A DNA stretch of 64,000 nt from an uncultured Anaerolineaceae bacterium (GTDB lineage: Bacteria > Chloroflexota > Anaerolineae > Anaerolineales > E44-bin32). The translations under genes and the position numbers were made by a program. Location of the stretch: contig CAZFCJ010000003.1 in assembly GCA_964517315.1 (NCBI GenBank), positions 4,487 through 68,486 on the forward strand, written 5' to 3'. Positions 45,676 to 55,966 of the stretch are shown piece by piece. The notes under the pieces are model-generated. The model did not search any database and was not told where the DNA came from. It was given only the letters and a program-made list of their open reading frames with translations. Positions within the stretch are counted from its first letter, which is position 1, and every line of letters begins with the position of its first letter.

Positions 45676-45978
45676 CTTAGCAATGGACTGTCGCGTCCCC
45701 AATAAGGGATCCGAAGTCTGTTTCGACCTGCTCTTCAGCCGGTGGGAATTGCGGCGCACCCGATTGTTCGGCAAATGGAGAATCTGCACGGGACTGCCCG
45801 GATAACGGGGCTCGAATCGATCAAGTTGGCCGTAGTTGCTCGTGGATTCGAGTGGCTCGCTGTGGCGGATTGACCCGCGGCCCCTGCCTACCGGCCGACG
45901 GAGCGGAGCCGACGTTCCGGTTGAAGCTGGATTGATCACTCCTGATCTCGCCCGCAGCGAAGGAGGTAACCACAGCAT

Positions 45979-47541
45979 ATGAGACGCCGAGGCGGCAAAG
46001 GCTCGTTCACTCTGGTACTTGTGCTGTTCATCGGCCTGAGTCTGTCCCTATCGGCTTGTGGGGGCGCCGACGGGACGGCGACCGAACCGCCCGCTGAAAC
46101 TGAGCCGACCTCGCTGGTGGTGGCGTTCGAGCAGATCGTTCAAACCGACCCGGCAGAGATTTCGTCCGATTCCGAGGTCGCCGTGGCCAACGCGATATAC
46201 GATTATCTGGTCGACGTCGACGCGGCCAATCAAATTGAGCCGCGCCTGGCGCGGGATTGGTCGATCAGCGACGACGGTCTGACGTACACGTTCGAACTGG
46301 TGGAGAACGCTGTGTTCCACGACGGAACTCCGCTTACCGCCGCCGACGTGGTCTGGACGTTCAACCGGCTGCGCGATCCGGACTCTGGCTATCCGACGGT
46401 CGACCTGTATTCCAACATCGCCTCGGTGGAGGCGACAGGTGAATACGAGGTCACTTTCACACTGGAGAACACCAACCCGTTCTTCCTGTTCGACCTCAGC
46501 GACAACCACGCGCTGATCGTCAAGGATGGGACCGAGGATGCCTCTGCGGTCGAGGCCGAGGAGTTCAACGGCACGGGTCCCTTCAGGGTGGAATCCTACG
46601 ATCCCGAAGCTCGCATTGAAATGGTTGCCAACGAGGATTATTGGGCCGAGGATCTTCCGCGAGTGGACCGGCTCGAGATCATCTTCTTCGGCGACCGAAC
46701 GGCCGCGGTGGACGCGCTACGAGCCGGCCAGGTGGACGTGGTCATGTCGCTGCCGACGCCGCTGTACCAGGAGCTGGAAGGGGTGGACGGGATCGAGCGG
46801 GCGATGGTGTCCACCAACTCCTTCCCGGTCGTCCGACTGCGCGCCGATCAGCCGCCCGGAGATGACCCTCGCGTCATGCAGGCGATGCGGCACGCGATCG
46901 ATCGCCAGGCGGTCTTTGAGCTCGTCCAGCAGGACATGGGCGCCCTGGGCCGCGATACACCGATTGGCCCACTGTACTCGGAGTTCTACACCGAGGAGAT
47001 TTCACTTCCTGAACATGATGTACAAAGAGCCCGTGACCTTCTGGCCGACGCCGGCTACGGCGACGGGCTCGACCTCACACTTCGATTGCCCGAGGCCCAG
47101 AACTTCCCCGATCTGGCGGTCGTTCTGCAGGAGCAGCTCGGCGAGGCGGGCTTCAACATCGAAGTCTCGGTGGAACCGGAAGGCGTCTACTACGGAGAGG
47201 GAGGCTGGCTGGAGGCCCCGTTTGGCATCACGGGCTGGGGCTCGCGGCCGTACCCACAGTTCTATCTGGATGTGATGCTCGTGTGCGGTGCCAAGTGGAA
47301 CGAATCGCATTTCTGCGATGAGGAGTTCGATCGCCTGGCGCGCATCGCGGGCACCACGACGGACAAGCAGGAGCAGATTGAGGTCTACCATGAGATTCAG
47401 CGCATTCTGATTGAGCGCGGCCCGATCATCGTTCCGTTCTTCTTCCCCCAGCTTGGTGCCCATGCCAATGCCCTGGAATACTTTGAGATGAAGGCTTTCC
47501 CCGGACGGACCGATTTCCGACCGGTGTCCGTCAACCGCTAG
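45979..47541 (+). CDS. ABC transporter substrate-binding lipoprotein, family 5 (peptide/nickel, DppA/NikA-like)
   Basis: 520 aa with lipobox LSLSACGG and an SBP_bac_5-like sequence. RBS GAAGGAGG. Confidence 0.85.
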   Translation: MRRRGGKGSFTLVLVLFIGLSLSLSACGGADGTATEPPAETEPTSLVVAFEQIVQTDPAEISSDSEVAVANAIYDYLVDVDAANQIEPRLARDWSISDDGLTYTFELVENAVFHDGTPLTAADVVWTFNRLRDPDSGYPTVDLYSNIASVEATGEYEVTFTLENTNPFFLFDLSDNHALIVKDGTEDASAVEAEEFNGTGPFRVESYDPEARIEMVANEDYWAEDLPRVDRLEIIFFGDRTAAVDALRAGQVDVVMSLPTPLYQELEGVDGIERAMVSTNSFPVVRLRADQPPGDDPRVMQAMRHAIDRQAVFELVQQDMGALGRDTPIGPLYSEFYTEEISLPEHDVQRARDLLADAGYGDGLDLTLRLPEAQNFPDLAVVLQEQLGEAGFNIEVSVEPEGVYYGEGGWLEAPFGITGWGSRPYPQFYLDVMLVCGAKWNESHFCDEEFDRLARIAGTTTDKQEQIEVYHEIQRILIERGPIIVPFFFPQLGAHANALEYFEMKAFPGRTDFRPVSVNR

Positions 47542-47553
47542 CATCGGACGGTC

Positions 47554-48441
47554 GTGAGTTCGACCCAGGCCACCGCGAGGTCCGGGAGCGCAGCCCCTAC
47601 CGTAGGGTTGCGGTCACTGGACATCCTGGCCTCCCTGTTCCGCAGGCCCGCCTCGGCGGTGGGCACGACCATCATTCTAGTCTTCCTGCTGTCCGCCATC
47701 TTCGGCCCCTGGCTGGCACCCTACGGCGCCAACCAGCAGATTGTGGAGGATATAAGGCAGCCGCCCGGCCCAGATCACTGGTTTGGCACCGACAACCTCG
47801 GTCGCGATGTGTTCAGCCGAGTGCTGCTGGGAGCGGGTGACATCCTCGCCTTGGCCGGCCTGGGCACGGTCCTGGCAGTGCTGATCGGGACCTCGTTTGG
47901 CCTGATCAGCGGCTACCTCGGTGGCGCATTCGATGAAGTCACCATGCGCCTGTTCGACGGCCTGCTGGCCATGCCGGCGCTGCTGCTCTCGCTCCTGCTC
48001 CTCGGAACCCTGGGCCCCTCCCGCAACAGCGTGCTGATCGTGATCGTGGTCGTGTATACGCCGATCGTGGCCCGTGTCGTCCGCAGCGTCGTGCTCTCGG
48101 TAAAGAACAAGGCTTTCGTGGAGGCTGCCCGGGTGCAGGGCGCTCCATTGCCCCGGCTGTTGCTGCGTGAGATTCTTCCCTCTACGCTGCCCGCACTGAC
48201 CGTGGAGGCTTCTTTGCGCTTTTCATACGCCATCTTTTTGGTCGCCTCGCTCGGGTTTCTGGGGGTCGGGGTCCAGCCGCCGAGCCCGGATTGGGGTCTG
48301 ATGGTCAAAGAGGCCCGCCAATTTGTAAGCCAAATACCCTGGGCGATGTACTTCCCGGCCGGGGCGATCGCGGTCGTGGTGGTGGGCGCGAACTTGCTTG
48401 CCGACGGGCTCAAACGTGCGCTGCAGCGGGTGGAGGGGTGA
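47554..48441 (+). CDS. ABC transporter permease (DppC/NikC-like)
   Basis: 295 aa, BPD_transp_1-like. Confidence 0.82.
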   Translation: MSSTQATARSGSAAPTVGLRSLDILASLFRRPASAVGTTIILVFLLSAIFGPWLAPYGANQQIVEDIRQPPGPDHWFGTDNLGRDVFSRVLLGAGDILALAGLGTVLAVLIGTSFGLISGYLGGAFDEVTMRLFDGLLAMPALLLSLLLLGTLGPSRNSVLIVIVVVYTPIVARVVRSVVLSVKNKAFVEAARVQGAPLPRLLLREILPSTLPALTVEASLRFSYAIFLVASLGFLGVGVQPPSPDWGLMVKEARQFVSQIPWAMYFPAGAIAVVVVGANLLADGLKRALQRVEG

Positions 48442-48445
48442 GGCG

Positions 48446-50530
48446 ATGAATGAGCATGAAGCTCCCCTCCTGGAGATCGAGGACCTGACCGTCGCCTACC
48501 GCGTCGAGGGCCGTGTGGGCGAGGCCGTGCGCAATGTGTCCTTGTCGATTGAGCGAGGCGAAACATATGGGCTCGTCGGCGAGAGCGGCAGCGGCAAGAC
48601 GACGCTGGCGCTCGCGGTAATGGGCTACCTGCCGGAGGGCGCGCAGGTCTTGAGCGGGCACATACGACTGCGCGGGGAGGATCTGCTCCCCCTATCGCGG
48701 CGGGAGATGCGCCGCTTTTGGGGTGAGGAGCTGGCCCTTGTCCCACAGGACCCATCGGGCACGCTGAACCCCTCGCTGATGATCGGAGAGCAGCTTTCGG
48801 AGATTCTGCGCCACCATCACGAACTCACCGGTGAGAAGGCGAGGCGGCGATCGCTCGAGCTGCTGGACAAAGTCCGCATCGCCGACGCCGAGCGGGTCGC
48901 TTCGAGTTACCCCCATCAGATCAGCGGCGGGATGAAGCAGCGTGTGCTGATCGCGATGGCGCTGAGCACCCAGCCCTCCCTGCTCGTGCTGGATGAACCG
49001 ACCACGAGTCTGGACGCCACGACACAGGCAGCGATGCTCGATTTGATCCGCGAGCTGATGCGCGAGCAGGAGGCCGCCGCGCTGTACGTCACGCACAATC
49101 TGGGCGTGGTGGCCCAGATCTGTGACCGAGTCGCGGTGCTTTATGCGGGGGATCTGGTGGAGGATGGACCGACCGGGGATCTGTACTCCCGGCCTTTGTT
49201 CCCCTACACACAGGGACTGCTTGGCAGCGTGCCACGCTTGGGCGAGTCGAAGCGACAAGTCCGGCTCCGGCCGATCCAGGGCCGGATCCCCGCACTGGGG
49301 GAGCAGCCGACAGGATGCGTGTTCCGACCGCGCTGTCCGGTGGCGATCGAAGTCTGTGAGACCTATCCGCCGCTGTATGAGCCGGAGCCAAGGCGCCGCT
49401 CGCGCTGCCATCGCTGGGAGGAGATCGACCGCGGTGAGATCAGCGCCCACCAGCCCGCCCCCGATATGCCGGCGACAGTGGGGGAGTCCGCTGGTGAAAA
49501 GGTGCTGGAAACCCAGGATGTCCGGGTGCATTTCCATCAGGATCGCAGCCTGCTGGAGACCCTGGCGGGGCGCCAGCGGTCGCCGATCAAGGCGGTGGAT
49601 GGGGTCAGTCTGAGTCTGTCGGAAGGACAAACACTCGGGCTGGTCGGCGAGAGCGGCAGCGGCAAATCGAGCCTGGCACGGGCGATCCTGGGCCTGGTGC
49701 CACGGACGGCGGGGGGCATGCAGCTGTTCGGCATGCCGCTCGCGGCCAGACTCTCCGATCGGGACCTCGAAACGTTGCGCGAACTGCAGATCGTATTTCA
49801 GAACCCTCAGGAGGCCTTGAACCCCTACATGACGGTGGGCGAAGCCCTGGCCTACCCACTGGAGCATCTGCGCGGCCTGCCAGGGCACGAGGCGACAGAA
49901 GAGGTCGGCCGGTTGCTGGAGGCCGTCAACCTCACACCGGATTACGCCCGCCGGCTCCCGAGGCAGCTCAGCGGGGGAGAAAAGCAGCGCGTCGCCGTGG
50001 CGCGGGCATTCGCCGCCAATCCTGCTCTGTTCGTCGCCGATGAGCCGGTCACTTCGCTCGACGTGTCGGTCCAGGCTTCGCTGCTGAATTTGCTGAATCA
50101 ACTGCAGGCGGAAGTCGGAAGCTCGTACCTGGTGATCTCGCACGATCTGGCCGTGGTGGGATACCTGGCGGATGTGGTGGCCGTGATCTACCTCGGCCGG
50201 CTGATGGAGGTCGGCGATGCACAGGCGCTGTTCGAGCCCCCGTACCATCCTTATACAGAGGCGCTGCTTTCGGCGATCCCGCTGATCGATCCTGAAGCGC
50301 GCCAGGAGCACATTCGCCTGGAGGGGGAGGTTCCCAGCCCGGTGGATGTCCCCAGCGGCTGTCCATTTCATACGCGATGCCCGCGGTTCCTCGGCGATAT
50401 CTGCGTCGAGGAGGAACCCCCCTGGCGTGAGACCAGCGAGGGACTACGCTACTATTGTCACATTCCGGTCGAGGAGCTTGAAGAGGCTCAGAATCGGGCC
50501 TTCAGGTTTTCACAGGAGCGGCGGCAGTGA
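48446..50530 (+). CDS. fused DppD-DppF-type ABC ATPase (two cassettes)
   Basis: Walker A GESGSGKTT and GESGSGKSS, signatures ISGGMKQR and LSGGEKQR, and two oligopeptide-C-terminal Cys motifs. Start set at ATG 48446. Confidence 0.88.
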   Translation: MNEHEAPLLEIEDLTVAYRVEGRVGEAVRNVSLSIERGETYGLVGESGSGKTTLALAVMGYLPEGAQVLSGHIRLRGEDLLPLSRREMRRFWGEELALVPQDPSGTLNPSLMIGEQLSEILRHHHELTGEKARRRSLELLDKVRIADAERVASSYPHQISGGMKQRVLIAMALSTQPSLLVLDEPTTSLDATTQAAMLDLIRELMREQEAAALYVTHNLGVVAQICDRVAVLYAGDLVEDGPTGDLYSRPLFPYTQGLLGSVPRLGESKRQVRLRPIQGRIPALGEQPTGCVFRPRCPVAIEVCETYPPLYEPEPRRRSRCHRWEEIDRGEISAHQPAPDMPATVGESAGEKVLETQDVRVHFHQDRSLLETLAGRQRSPIKAVDGVSLSLSEGQTLGLVGESGSGKSSLARAILGLVPRTAGGMQLFGMPLAARLSDRDLETLRELQIVFQNPQEALNPYMTVGEALAYPLEHLRGLPGHEATEEVGRLLEAVNLTPDYARRLPRQLSGGEKQRVAVARAFAANPALFVADEPVTSLDVSVQASLLNLLNQLQAEVGSSYLVISHDLAVVGYLADVVAVIYLGRLMEVGDAQALFEPPYHPYTEALLSAIPLIDPEARQEHIRLEGEVPSPVDVPSGCPFHTRCPRFLGDICVEEEPPWRETSEGLRYYCHIPVEELEEAQNRAFRFSQERRQ

Positions 50531-51471
50531 TAAGGTACTTGCTGCGCAGGCTGGGCTTCTTGGTGCTCACCTTGCTTCTCACCTCGGTGATCGTGTTCAC
50601 GGTGACCCAGCTCCTGCCCGGTGATATGGCGCGCGTGATCCTCGGCCGGGAGGCGGGTGAGGCGGCGCTGGAGGCCCTGCGTGAAGAGCTCGGCCTGAAC
50701 CGACCGCTTCCCATCCAATATGTCAGCTGGTTGACCGATTTTGTGCGCGGCGACTGGGGGCATTCTTACAGCACCGGGGCGCAAATATTTCCCGTGGTCA
50801 TGGAGCGACTCCGCAATTCGCTGATGCTGGCCGCGGTCATACTGACCGTTTCCATACCGCTGGCGGTAGGATTGGGTGTGGTCGCCGGGCTCAATGAAGA
50901 CAGACCGATTGACGCCGTAATCAGCGTCGGCTCGCTCTCCGTCGTAGGTCTTCCAGAATTCGTCACGGGGTTGGTTCTGATCCAGATCTTCGCCTTCGAC
51001 CTTGGCTGGTTTCCGGCCAGCTCATCGATAGAGGTGGACACCGCCTTCCTCGACGCGCTGCCGCTTCTGGTGCTGCCGGCGGCGACGGCGACCTTGGTGC
51101 TCTTGGCCTACATCGCCCGGCTCACACGCGCTGGCGTGATCGAAGAGCTGCGGAAGCCCTACGTTCGGACGGCGGTGTTGAAGGGTCTTTCCCAGCGGAC
51201 CGTCACGATGAAGCACGTGCTGCGCAACGCGCTCCTGCCCACCATCACGGTGATCGCCATCAGCTTCGGCTGGATGATCAGCGGGCTGATCGTGATTGAG
51301 AACGTGTTCAATTATCCGGGGTTGGGCCGCCTGATGGTCTTCGCCATCGATCGCCGCGATCTGCCGATGCTGCAGGCGGTGACGATGGTGACCGTGATAG
51401 GATTCGCAGGGGCGAATTTGCTCGCCGATATGCTGTACGGCTACTTGGATCCGAGGATTCGCTACGAATGA
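50527..51471 (+). CDS. ABC transporter permease (DppB/NikB-like)
   Basis: 314 aa with the typical N-terminus MIRYLLRRLGFLVLTLL. GTGA overlap with the ATPase. Confidence 0.85.
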   Translation: MIRYLLRRLGFLVLTLLLTSVIVFTVTQLLPGDMARVILGREAGEAALEALREELGLNRPLPIQYVSWLTDFVRGDWGHSYSTGAQIFPVVMERLRNSLMLAAVILTVSIPLAVGLGVVAGLNEDRPIDAVISVGSLSVVGLPEFVTGLVLIQIFAFDLGWFPASSSIEVDTAFLDALPLLVLPAATATLVLLAYIARLTRAGVIEELRKPYVRTAVLKGLSQRTVTMKHVLRNALLPTITVIAISFGWMISGLIVIENVFNYPGLGRLMVFAIDRRDLPMLQAVTMVTVIGFAGANLLADMLYGYLDPRIRYE

Positions 51472-52187
51472 ACGCCAGGAACCAGGGCGGATCGAAGGCT
51501 ACTCCTCCTGCGCGAGGGGACGAACCGGAAGCGATGGCGCTGGCTGATTACCGGCGACGGGTTTTTGAACTCTACGCGGCCGTCCGGTCGACCGCGCAGG
51601 ATGACCCCGAGGCGGCTTGGCGACGGTTTCGAAAGGCGCGAGACCGGCTGTTCGGGCAACATCCCCAGTCGGCGCTCATTCCCGAGCAGCGCGAACGCTT
51701 CAGCGGGTTGGATTACTTCGAATACGACCCCGGGCTGCGCCTTCTGGCGCCGTTGGAAGCCGATCCAAACCCTGAGACCCTCGAAGTTACGCTGGACCAA
51801 GATGGCCTGACCCGGCTGCGGAGAGTCGGTTGGGCCCCGTTCGATGTCCGGGGACAGCGCGTTCGACTCGGCGTATATTGGCTGGAGGGCTATGGCGGGG
51901 GTCTGTTCTTGCCTTTTCGGGACCGCTCGAACGGGGAAGCGACCTACACTGGCGGCCGCTACCTGTTGGACACGATCAAAGGCGCCGATCTGGGAAGCGA
52001 CCGGGGCCGCCTAATCTTGGACTTCAACTTCGCCTACAATCCATCATGTGCGTACAATCCACGCTGGCACTGCCCGCTCGCGCCGCCGGAGAACTGGATG
52101 GAGGTCCCCATACGGGCCGGTGAGAAGGCCTTTCCGGACGCGCTCGTTGAAGGGCTGGATGAGCGCTCGATTCCTTCGGTTGGCTAG
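51468..52187 (+). CDS. DUF1684 domain protein
   Basis: 239 aa with C-terminal signature FNFAYNPSCAYNPRWHCPLAPPEN. ATGA overlap with the permease gene. Confidence 0.8.
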   Translation: MNARNQGGSKATPPARGDEPEAMALADYRRRVFELYAAVRSTAQDDPEAAWRRFRKARDRLFGQHPQSALIPEQRERFSGLDYFEYDPGLRLLAPLEADPNPETLEVTLDQDGLTRLRRVGWAPFDVRGQRVRLGVYWLEGYGGGLFLPFRDRSNGEATYTGGRYLLDTIKGADLGSDRGRLILDFNFAYNPSCAYNPRWHCPLAPPENWMEVPIRAGEKAFPDALVEGLDERSIPSVG

Positions 52188-52360
52188 TCCCTGGTTCTCT
52201 TTCAACTTGGTTTCGATCGATAATGCACATCGGCGGTATCTCGCGAGCGGGGGCTGCCGCGCCCCCGCGCACCCCCGGCCGGGAGTGGGAGCCTGGCCTC
52301 CCTTTGAGGGGCGCAGGAACCTCTCGATGAGAATCCCATCGGGTTCGGGTAGACCGAGAA

Positions 52361-53764
52361 CTAGTCCTCAAAGCTGTTGAATAGATTGTTGAGCGACTCC
52401 AGCAGGGTTGGGTGGGCGAACACCCCATCGCGCAGCGCCGTGTACGGCAGCCCGCCCATCATGGCGATCTGAATCGCACCCATGATCTCACCGCCCTCGA
52501 TGCCGAGGATGGCGCAGCCTATGATTTCGTCGGACTCGCGATCCACGACGGCCTTCATCAGACCGCGGGTCTCATCCACCTCGATCGCTCGTGCGACGTG
52601 GGCCATGGGCATCTTCGCCACCCGGTAGGAGCGACCCTGCTCCTCGGCCTGTCGCTCGGTCAGTCCTACGCGTCCGAGTTGAGGGTCGGTGAAGATGGTG
52701 TAGGGAACCAATCGGTCCGAAGTCGAGCGTCGCTTGCCCTCCAGAAGGCGGTCGGCCAGAATGCGGTAGTCGTCATAGGAGATGTGGGTGAACGCCGGAC
52801 CTCCTTTGACATCACCCATGGCGTACACGCCCTCGGCGGTCGTTCTCAGTTCGTCGTCGGCACGGATGTGGCCGCCCTCGTCCCGCTCGACGCCCCCATT
52901 TTCCGGCCGCAGGGCGTCGGTGTTGGGAATCCGGCCGGTCGCTACCAGCAGGTGGCTCCCGCTCAACTGTCGATCGCCCTCCGGTGTGGAGACGGTCAGC
53001 TCCACTCCACCCTCCGGGCTCAACTCGGCCTGCTTGGCCTCCGAGTGCAACATCACTTCAACACCGTCCTGTTCGAGGATTTCGGTGAGCGCCTCCGCCA
53101 CATCCGGATCTTCTCTCTTCAGGATCTGGCTCCCGCGCTGGATGATCGTCACCTGGGATCCAAAGCGGCGGAACATCTGGCCGAACTCCGTGCCGACGTA
53201 GCCGCCGCCCAGGACCAAGAGATGTTCGGGCAGCGCCTCCAGTTCCATGATCGTCGTGTGATCCAGAGTCTCCACGTCCTGCAGCCCTGCCACCCGGGGG
53301 TATCGGGCTCGGGCGCCGGTGTTGATTACGATTGTCTCCGCCCTGAGCACGCGCTGGCCTCCGTCGTTCAGGTCCACGGTCAGCTCACGCGGGCCGGAGA
53401 AGCGGGCCTCACCCATGATCAGATCGATGTAGTCCGCCTCCTCAAGGCTGCGGCGGTCGCTCCCTCGGAAGCTCTTTACGACCTCCCTCTTGCGCTGGCG
53501 GACCTCGGCCAGGCTCACCTCTACGTGGCCCGTGTAAACTCCATAGTCTGCGGCTCGTCGGGCGAGGTGGGCGACGCGGGCGGAGGCGATCATCGTTTTG
53601 GTCGGGGTGCAGCCGTCGTTGATGCACGTTCCACCCACGAGGCGGCGCTCGATGATCGCCGTTTCGCGGCTGGCTTCCCCTAGGCGGTGAGCGAGCGGCA
53701 TTCCTGACTGCCCGGTCCCAACGATGATGACGTCGTATGTATCGACAGAGGACATCGTTCGCAT
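52361..53764 (-). CDS. FAD-dependent pyridine nucleotide-disulfide oxidoreductase (mercuric reductase/dihydrolipoamide dehydrogenase-like, no NmerA)
   Basis: YDVIIVGTGQSG, redox-active GGTCINDGCTPTK, and a C-terminal dimerisation domain. Start set at ATG 53764. Confidence 0.8.
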   Translation of the reverse strand: MRTMSSVDTYDVIIVGTGQSGMPLAHRLGEASRETAIIERRLVGGTCINDGCTPTKTMIASARVAHLARRAADYGVYTGHVEVSLAEVRQRKREVVKSFRGSDRRSLEEADYIDLIMGEARFSGPRELTVDLNDGGQRVLRAETIVINTGARARYPRVAGLQDVETLDHTTIMELEALPEHLLVLGGGYVGTEFGQMFRRFGSQVTIIQRGSQILKREDPDVAEALTEILEQDGVEVMLHSEAKQAELSPEGGVELTVSTPEGDRQLSGSHLLVATGRIPNTDALRPENGGVERDEGGHIRADDELRTTAEGVYAMGDVKGGPAFTHISYDDYRILADRLLEGKRRSTSDRLVPYTIFTDPQLGRVGLTERQAEEQGRSYRVAKMPMAHVARAIEVDETRGLMKAVVDRESDEIIGCAILGIEGGEIMGAIQIAMMGGLPYTALRDGVFAHPTLLESLNNLFNSFED

Positions 53765-54080
53765 ACACTCTTCCTGGACTGGAGGCCCATCTCTGAAGGG
53801 AGTGGCCACCTGAGCGTCGCCTTCCGTCGCGGCATCCCATGGGCTGTATGATGAGAGTCGCCGTCAGAGAGCGGCGGAGAAGTGCGATCGGGGCCGTCCA
53901 CGGTCCGCTCGATCGTGCCAGTATTCTACCGCCGCGGGCAGCGGCGGATGGGACGGCAGCGCCCTGGGCCGCCAAGGGCCGATTCGGCCCCGTCAGCCCG
54001 GATCGACTGAGCGAGAGCGTGCTGTCTTCGAACCCCGCATAAAATGGAGGAGTGCGCCGGAGGGTGAACTTCGACCTGGC

Positions 54081-54380
54081 TTAGTCGCCGTCGGTGACCC
54101 GAACGCCGTGCCAGAAGGCGATGTAGTCCTTGATCTTCTCTGCGGCGGGGGAAGGATCTGGATAGGTCCAGGCCGCGTTTGGGTTGCGATCGTCGTTGGC
54201 GACGACGTCATAATAGCTCGCCCGGCCCTTCCAAGGACAAGTCGAGTGGTGATCGCTCTCCTGTAATGCCTCCCAATTGACCGCTCCGGGTGGGAAATAA
54301 TGGTTGCCTTCAACGACCATCGTATTGTCGCTGCGGGCCAGCACCTCGCCATTCCATCGGGCTGTGACCATAGCGTTCAT
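54081..54380 (-). CDS. DUF427 domain protein
   Basis: 99 aa with CPWKGRASYYD, typical of DUF427. Confidence 0.75.
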   Translation of the reverse strand: MNAMVTARWNGEVLARSDNTMVVEGNHYFPPGAVNWEALQESDHHSTCPWKGRASYYDVVANDDRNPNAAWTYPDPSPAAEKIKDYIAFWHGVRVTDGD

Positions 54381-54635
54381 CCTTTGGGCTGCTCATGACG
54401 ATCCCTGTAGCTAGTGTAAGAGGTTAGCCTGTGCCGACTCTAGGGTATGTGGCGCGGCCTACAGGGGTCCACGGATGGAGTGTCTCCTCGATCCGACGGC
54501 ACACCGCGCCCTGGCCCTGGGCTGACCCCCGTGGCCGGCGGCGCTACATACTAGCGATCGAGTAGGTCCCTCGTGGACGCGGTGATGTGAAGGCACTTAC
54601 CCTTAAGGAACGCGACACTGGTTAGAATAGGCTCA

Positions 54636-55205
54636 ATGATGAAAACGGTGAGGGATCGGACGCGCTGGTTCAGTCTCATGGCGGCGGTCGCGGTGCTCGG
54701 AGCGCTGTGGATTTGGATCAGCGCCGTGCCCGCTGCGGCCACGACGGGGGGACGGACGCCAGCTCCACGCCAGGGATTCGCCGCGCCAGCATTGCGCGCC
54801 GAAACCTTGGCCGGCGAGGCGGTTGAGCTTTCACAGTTGAGAGGTCAGGTCGTGGTGATCAATTTTTGGGCCTCGTGGTGCCCGCCGTGCCGAGCCGAAA
54901 TGCCCGCACTCGAGCGGACCTACCAGGCCGAAAAATCGCGCGGTCTGGAGATCCTCGCGGTCAACACCACGTACCAGGATCAGTTGGCCTCGGCGGAGGC
55001 GTTCGTCCGCGAGTATGGGCTGAGCTTTCCCATTCTCCTGGATCGAACGGGTGAGGTCGCCAACCGCTACCAGATGCGGGCGCTGCCCACGACGTTCTTC
55101 GTGGACAAGGATGGCGTCATCCGGAAAGTGATTATCGGTGGCCCGATGAACGAGACCACACTGCGCTCCACGGTTGAGACTTTGCTGGCCGAGGGGTCCG
55201 GCTGA
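54636..55205 (+). CDS. TlpA/ResA-like membrane-anchored thiol-disulfide oxidoreductase
   Basis: Signal/TM segment followed by the thioredoxin motif FWASWCPPC. Confidence 0.85.
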   Translation: MMKTVRDRTRWFSLMAAVAVLGALWIWISAVPAAATTGGRTPAPRQGFAAPALRAETLAGEAVELSQLRGQVVVINFWASWCPPCRAEMPALERTYQAEKSRGLEILAVNTTYQDQLASAEAFVREYGLSFPILLDRTGEVANRYQMRALPTTFFVDKDGVIRKVIIGGPMNETTLRSTVETLLAEGSG

Positions 55206-55966
55206 TGCTGCCGGTGCTCCAGCTGGGCCCGCTGGCCATTCAGCTTCCGGGCCTGGTGCTCCTGGCCGGCGTGTGGATCGCCAGCACGGTGACTGAGCGC
55301 TGGGCGAGGCGCTTTCACGTATCGGCTACCGTGATGGCAAACATGATTTTCTACGGTCTCATCGCCGGTCTGATCGGCGCCCGCCTGGGTTACGTGCTGC
55401 GGTTCCTGTCCTTATACCTCGAGAACCCTTTGGGCGTGCTTTCCCTCAATCCCAGCACGCTATCCCTGCCGGATGGGTTGCTGGTCGGAATCGTCGTGGC
55501 GTTCGTGTACGGTCAGCGAAGGGGGCTTCCGCTGTGGAGCACACTGGACGCGCTGGCGCCCGGTTTGGCGGTTTTCGCCATCTCGCTGGGGGTCGCACAT
55601 CTAACCAGCGGGGACGCGTTTGGGCGCCCCACCGATCTCCCGTGGGCGATCGACCTCTGGGGAGAGCCGCGGCATCCGACCCAGGTCTACGAGATCCTGC
55701 TGGCGGCGGGCATTCTCTACGCCGTATGGCGTCTCGGAGAGTCCAGACCGTTCCCGGGGGCCTTGTTTCTCACTTGGGCGGGCCTGCAGTCTGCGGCGAG
55801 GTTGGTGCTTGGAGGTTTGCGCGGCGACAGCGTGATCGTCTTCGGCGTGCTGCGCCAGGGACAGGTGGTGGCGATTATCGTGCTGCTGGTGACGATGCTG
55901 CTGCTGCATCTGCGGGCTCGAGGCTCACTGAACCTCGAGTCGGATGCGGCTCGTGAGCCCGGCTAA
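55205..55966 (+). CDS. lgt: prolipoprotein diacylglyceryl transferase
   Basis: 253 aa with the RHPTQVYE motif and Lgt-like TM pattern. TGATG junction with tlpA. Confidence 0.8.
   Translation: MLPVLQLGPLAIQLPGLVLLAGVWIASTVTERWARRFHVSATVMANMIFYGLIAGLIGARLGYVLRFLSLYLENPLGVLSLNPSTLSLPDGLLVGIVVAFVYGQRRGLPLWSTLDALAPGLAVFAISLGVAHLTSGDAFGRPTDLPWAIDLWGEPRHPTQVYEILLAAGILYAVWRLGESRPFPGALFLTWAGLQSAARLVLGGLRGDSVIVFGVLRQGQVVAIIVLLVTMLLLHLRARGSLNLESDAAREPG

Noticed and set aside
48692-50371. 559-aa ORF antisense to the fused DppDF ATPase
   Set aside because: Shadow ORF, low-complexity and Arg/His/Gln-rich.
52225-52275. GC hairpin GCGGGGGC-N6-GCCCCCGC between the convergent DUF1684 and oxidoreductase genes
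   Set aside because: It is probably just a terminator-like stem. It has no U-tract, and I could not show membership of the REP family.
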